64,000 bases of DNA from the human T2T-CHM13v2.0 reference genome, Homo sapiens: assembly GCF_009914755.1 (NCBI RefSeq), contig NC_060943.1; one strand, 5' to 3'. Positions 61,301 through 64,000 of this stretch are shown piece by piece. Made by a program: the position numbers and the translations under genes. The notes under the pieces are model-generated. The model saw only the letters and a list, made by a program, of their open reading frames with translations. It had not been told where the DNA came from and searched no databases. How positions within the stretch are numbered: position 1 is the first letter of the stretch; the number at the start of each line of letters is the position of its first letter.

Positions 61301-64000
61301 CAATTTTTTACTCACATAGTGAGGGGTAGGACAACAAACAAGGTCTTGTGTCTTTTACTTGTACAAAGGTCACAGAACATTTTTAGCTCACCCATGTGTC
61401 ATACAGTCTTAAGGTAGTAGAGAGAGTGCTGATACAAGGCCCACCTGAAGGTGAGATTGTGACTCTCCTATGCACACCTCGCTGACCATTAGAATCACCA
61501 CATTCAAACATGGAGAGAGCCCACTGGTGACCTAAATTTTACATGCCGATGCAGTCTGCAGTTAGAGTTGTAACTGTCATATATGCATTTGGCCACAGGT
61601 AGGATAGTGATTCATTATTGGACCCAGCTCACAGGCATGATGATGAATCTTGTATCTGGAATCAGCAAAAAAAAAAAAAAAAGATATATTAATTCACATA
61701 GCTAGGCTTAGGGCAAATGGTAAGGTCCTGGTTCCCCTACTTGTATGAGGGTCACAGAAGATTACAAACATGTTTATAATATAAAGGCCTTGGGTGGCAC
61801 AGAGAGTGTCACAGCAGGACCCAGCACACAGGTGAGATTGTGGCTCTCTTAAACACACCCAGCCAGCAGTTAGGATTGTCACCCTCAAACAGGAACAGAG
61901 CCTACTGGTGAGGTCTAGAATCTAAAGTGGAAACACGGTCCACAGTTGGAATTATGAATGTCATATGTGGATCTGGCCACAAGTTAGATGTTGACACATT
62001 TTTGAACCCAGCTCACAGTCACAGGGATGACTCTCATACCTGGACTCAGCCAATAGGAGATATGTTGACTCTCAGGCTTAGGGCAATGGGTAAGATCATG
62101 AGCTTATATCAGCACTATATCTTATAGGAAATTTCAATTCTTATGCATCCTGCATAAAGCTCTGGGGTGGTATAGATTGTGTCATAACAGGGCTCAGCAC
62201 GAGTGGGATTGAGACCCTTGTGTGCACATGCAGCCAAAAGTAAGAACTGTCACCCTCTCACATGGACACAGCCCACTGTTGAGGTTCTGAATCTCACATT
62301 CAGGGGTATTCAAAAGTTGGAATTGTGATTCTCATAGGTAGATTTGATTAACAAGTAGGATGGTGACAGGTAGGATAGTTAGGATTGTATCTTCAGGCCA
62401 AAATTTATCACACCTATGAGGCAGTGACTGCCCCCACTGAAACACTGTCCAGAGTTGGTGTTGGCTTTCTCAGGCACTGATCCAGTCCATGGTTAAAAAT
62501 GTGATTCACATTCTTGAACATAACTCACAGGAGTAGTTGACTCTCATACCTGAAGCTGGGACAAGTGTGAGATTGTAAATCTTACGTCTGGACCTTCCCG
62601 CGGGATGATCGTTACATATATCTTTGGCAGAGAACTGATGAATTTTGCTCTCCTGCAGAAGCCCTTTCTATAGTTGAGATTTTGACATACACCTTGGTGA
62701 AGTATCTAGAATATGTGATGCTCCTGCCTGGGCTCTGCCCTCAGGGGGGATTGTGACATATCTCCAGGACATATATGTAGGTTATGTGCCTCTCCAATCC
62801 TGCCTAGGCTGTTCCCAAAAAAGGCATTGCGACATGCCTGAACCCATCACCTATGTGATTTGACTCTTTTTTTTCCCCTGGGCCCTGCCCTCAGTGGGGA
62901 TTGTGACATATCACTGGGCCCATCATTTCCATGATGTGACTTTTGTGTTCTGCTTTGACCCTGCTTGCAGGAGGATTGTGACATATAACTAGGCCCAGCA
63001 CCTGGGTGATGTGACTCTCATTTCCTGCCTGTGTTCTGCCAACAGAATAGATTGTGACATATAGCTGGGCCAAGCACCCAGGTGATGTGACTCCTGCCTA
63101 CAGTGGCCATTGTGACACATCTTCTTCCTGGGTCCTGTTTATGAGTGGGATTGTAACAAATCTTTGGCCAAGCACCAAAGTGATGTGACTCTCGTTTGGT
63201 TTCTGCTCACAGGAGGTATTGCGACATATATCTAGGCCAAGTTTAGAGGCGTAATGATAGCCCTCATACATGGACCCAGTCGATACAGGAGATTTGGCCT
63301 CTATTTTCTAGGCTTAGGGCAATGGGTAAGGTTCTGGGTGAAGAAGCATAAGGTTCTGGGTGAGGAAAGGTCACAAAAGATTATGACAAGCATATTCTCT
63401 AAAGCCCTTGTGTGACATTTAGAGATTACAGGATCCAGCACCCAAGTGAAATTACTACTCTTGTAGACAAACCCAGCTGACAATTAGGATTGTCACCCTC
63501 ACACATTGACAGAGCCACTGGTGAGGTCCTGAATCTCACAGGCACAGTCCACAATTGGAATTGTGACTTTCGTATGTGTACTGGGACAGTTGATATGGTG
63601 ACTTATTTTTGGAGCCAGCTTACAAGCACTGTGATGACTGTCATAAATATATCTGACCAATAAGAGAGATGTTGACACATACCTGGTAATAGAACAATGG
63701 GTACGATCATTGGTTCACACCAGCATGAAGATCTCAAAGCAGATTGTGACTGTCGCTCATACCACATAAAGCCCTTGGGTGGTACAGAGAGTGTCATAAC
63801 AGGACCCAGGACACAGGTGAAATTGTGACTTTCTTATGCACACTCAGCCAACAGTAAACATTGTCACCCTCCCAAATGGAAACCATCCACTGTTGAGGCT
63901 GTGAACCTCACATGTGCAGGTAGCCGAAAGTTGGAATTGTGACTTTCGTGAATACATCTTGTCCACAGGTAAGATAGTGACTCAAAGACCAGGATTCAGC
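55315..64000. repeat. Diverged beta-satellite-like array (block 6); spacer-dominated, ~2 kb higher-order period beyond ~57.4 kb
   Basis: Short monomer runs alternate with longer spacers starting ~57490, ~59800, ~61260, ~63250. Confidence 0.85.

Overview
Primate (most likely human or great-ape) gene-poor DNA made almost entirely of repeats; no host protein-coding gene is supported. The matrix (about 2.56-64 kb) is an old, highly diverged beta-satellite-like (BSR/Sau3A-type, ~68-73 bp) array with higher-order structure, of the kind known around the 19p12 KRAB-ZNF cluster (location inferred, not shown). Inserted into it are: (1) a complete ~10.3 kb minus-strand betaretrovirus-like provirus, most likely HERV-K(HML-4)/HERVK13 with LTR13-type LTRs (8612-18905), with open pro and pol frames, a twice-hit gag and a degraded env; (2) a full-length L1PA element carrying an apparent ~300 bp 3' transduction (21736-28465); (3) a full-length THE1-type MaLR; (4) MER50/MER83-like, LTR9-like, LTR7 and MER41-like ERV1 pieces; (5) eight Alus and microsatellites. 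The most interesting signal is a cryptic rec-like accessory gene in the provirus: all four splice sites needed for a doubly spliced mRNA sit at the positions used by HML-2 rec, and repairing one 1-nt deletion gives an 87+18 = 105 aa protein with the same exon lengths as HML-2 Rec. Repeat family names come from my recall of consensus sequences and should be confirmed with Dfam/RepeatMasker.
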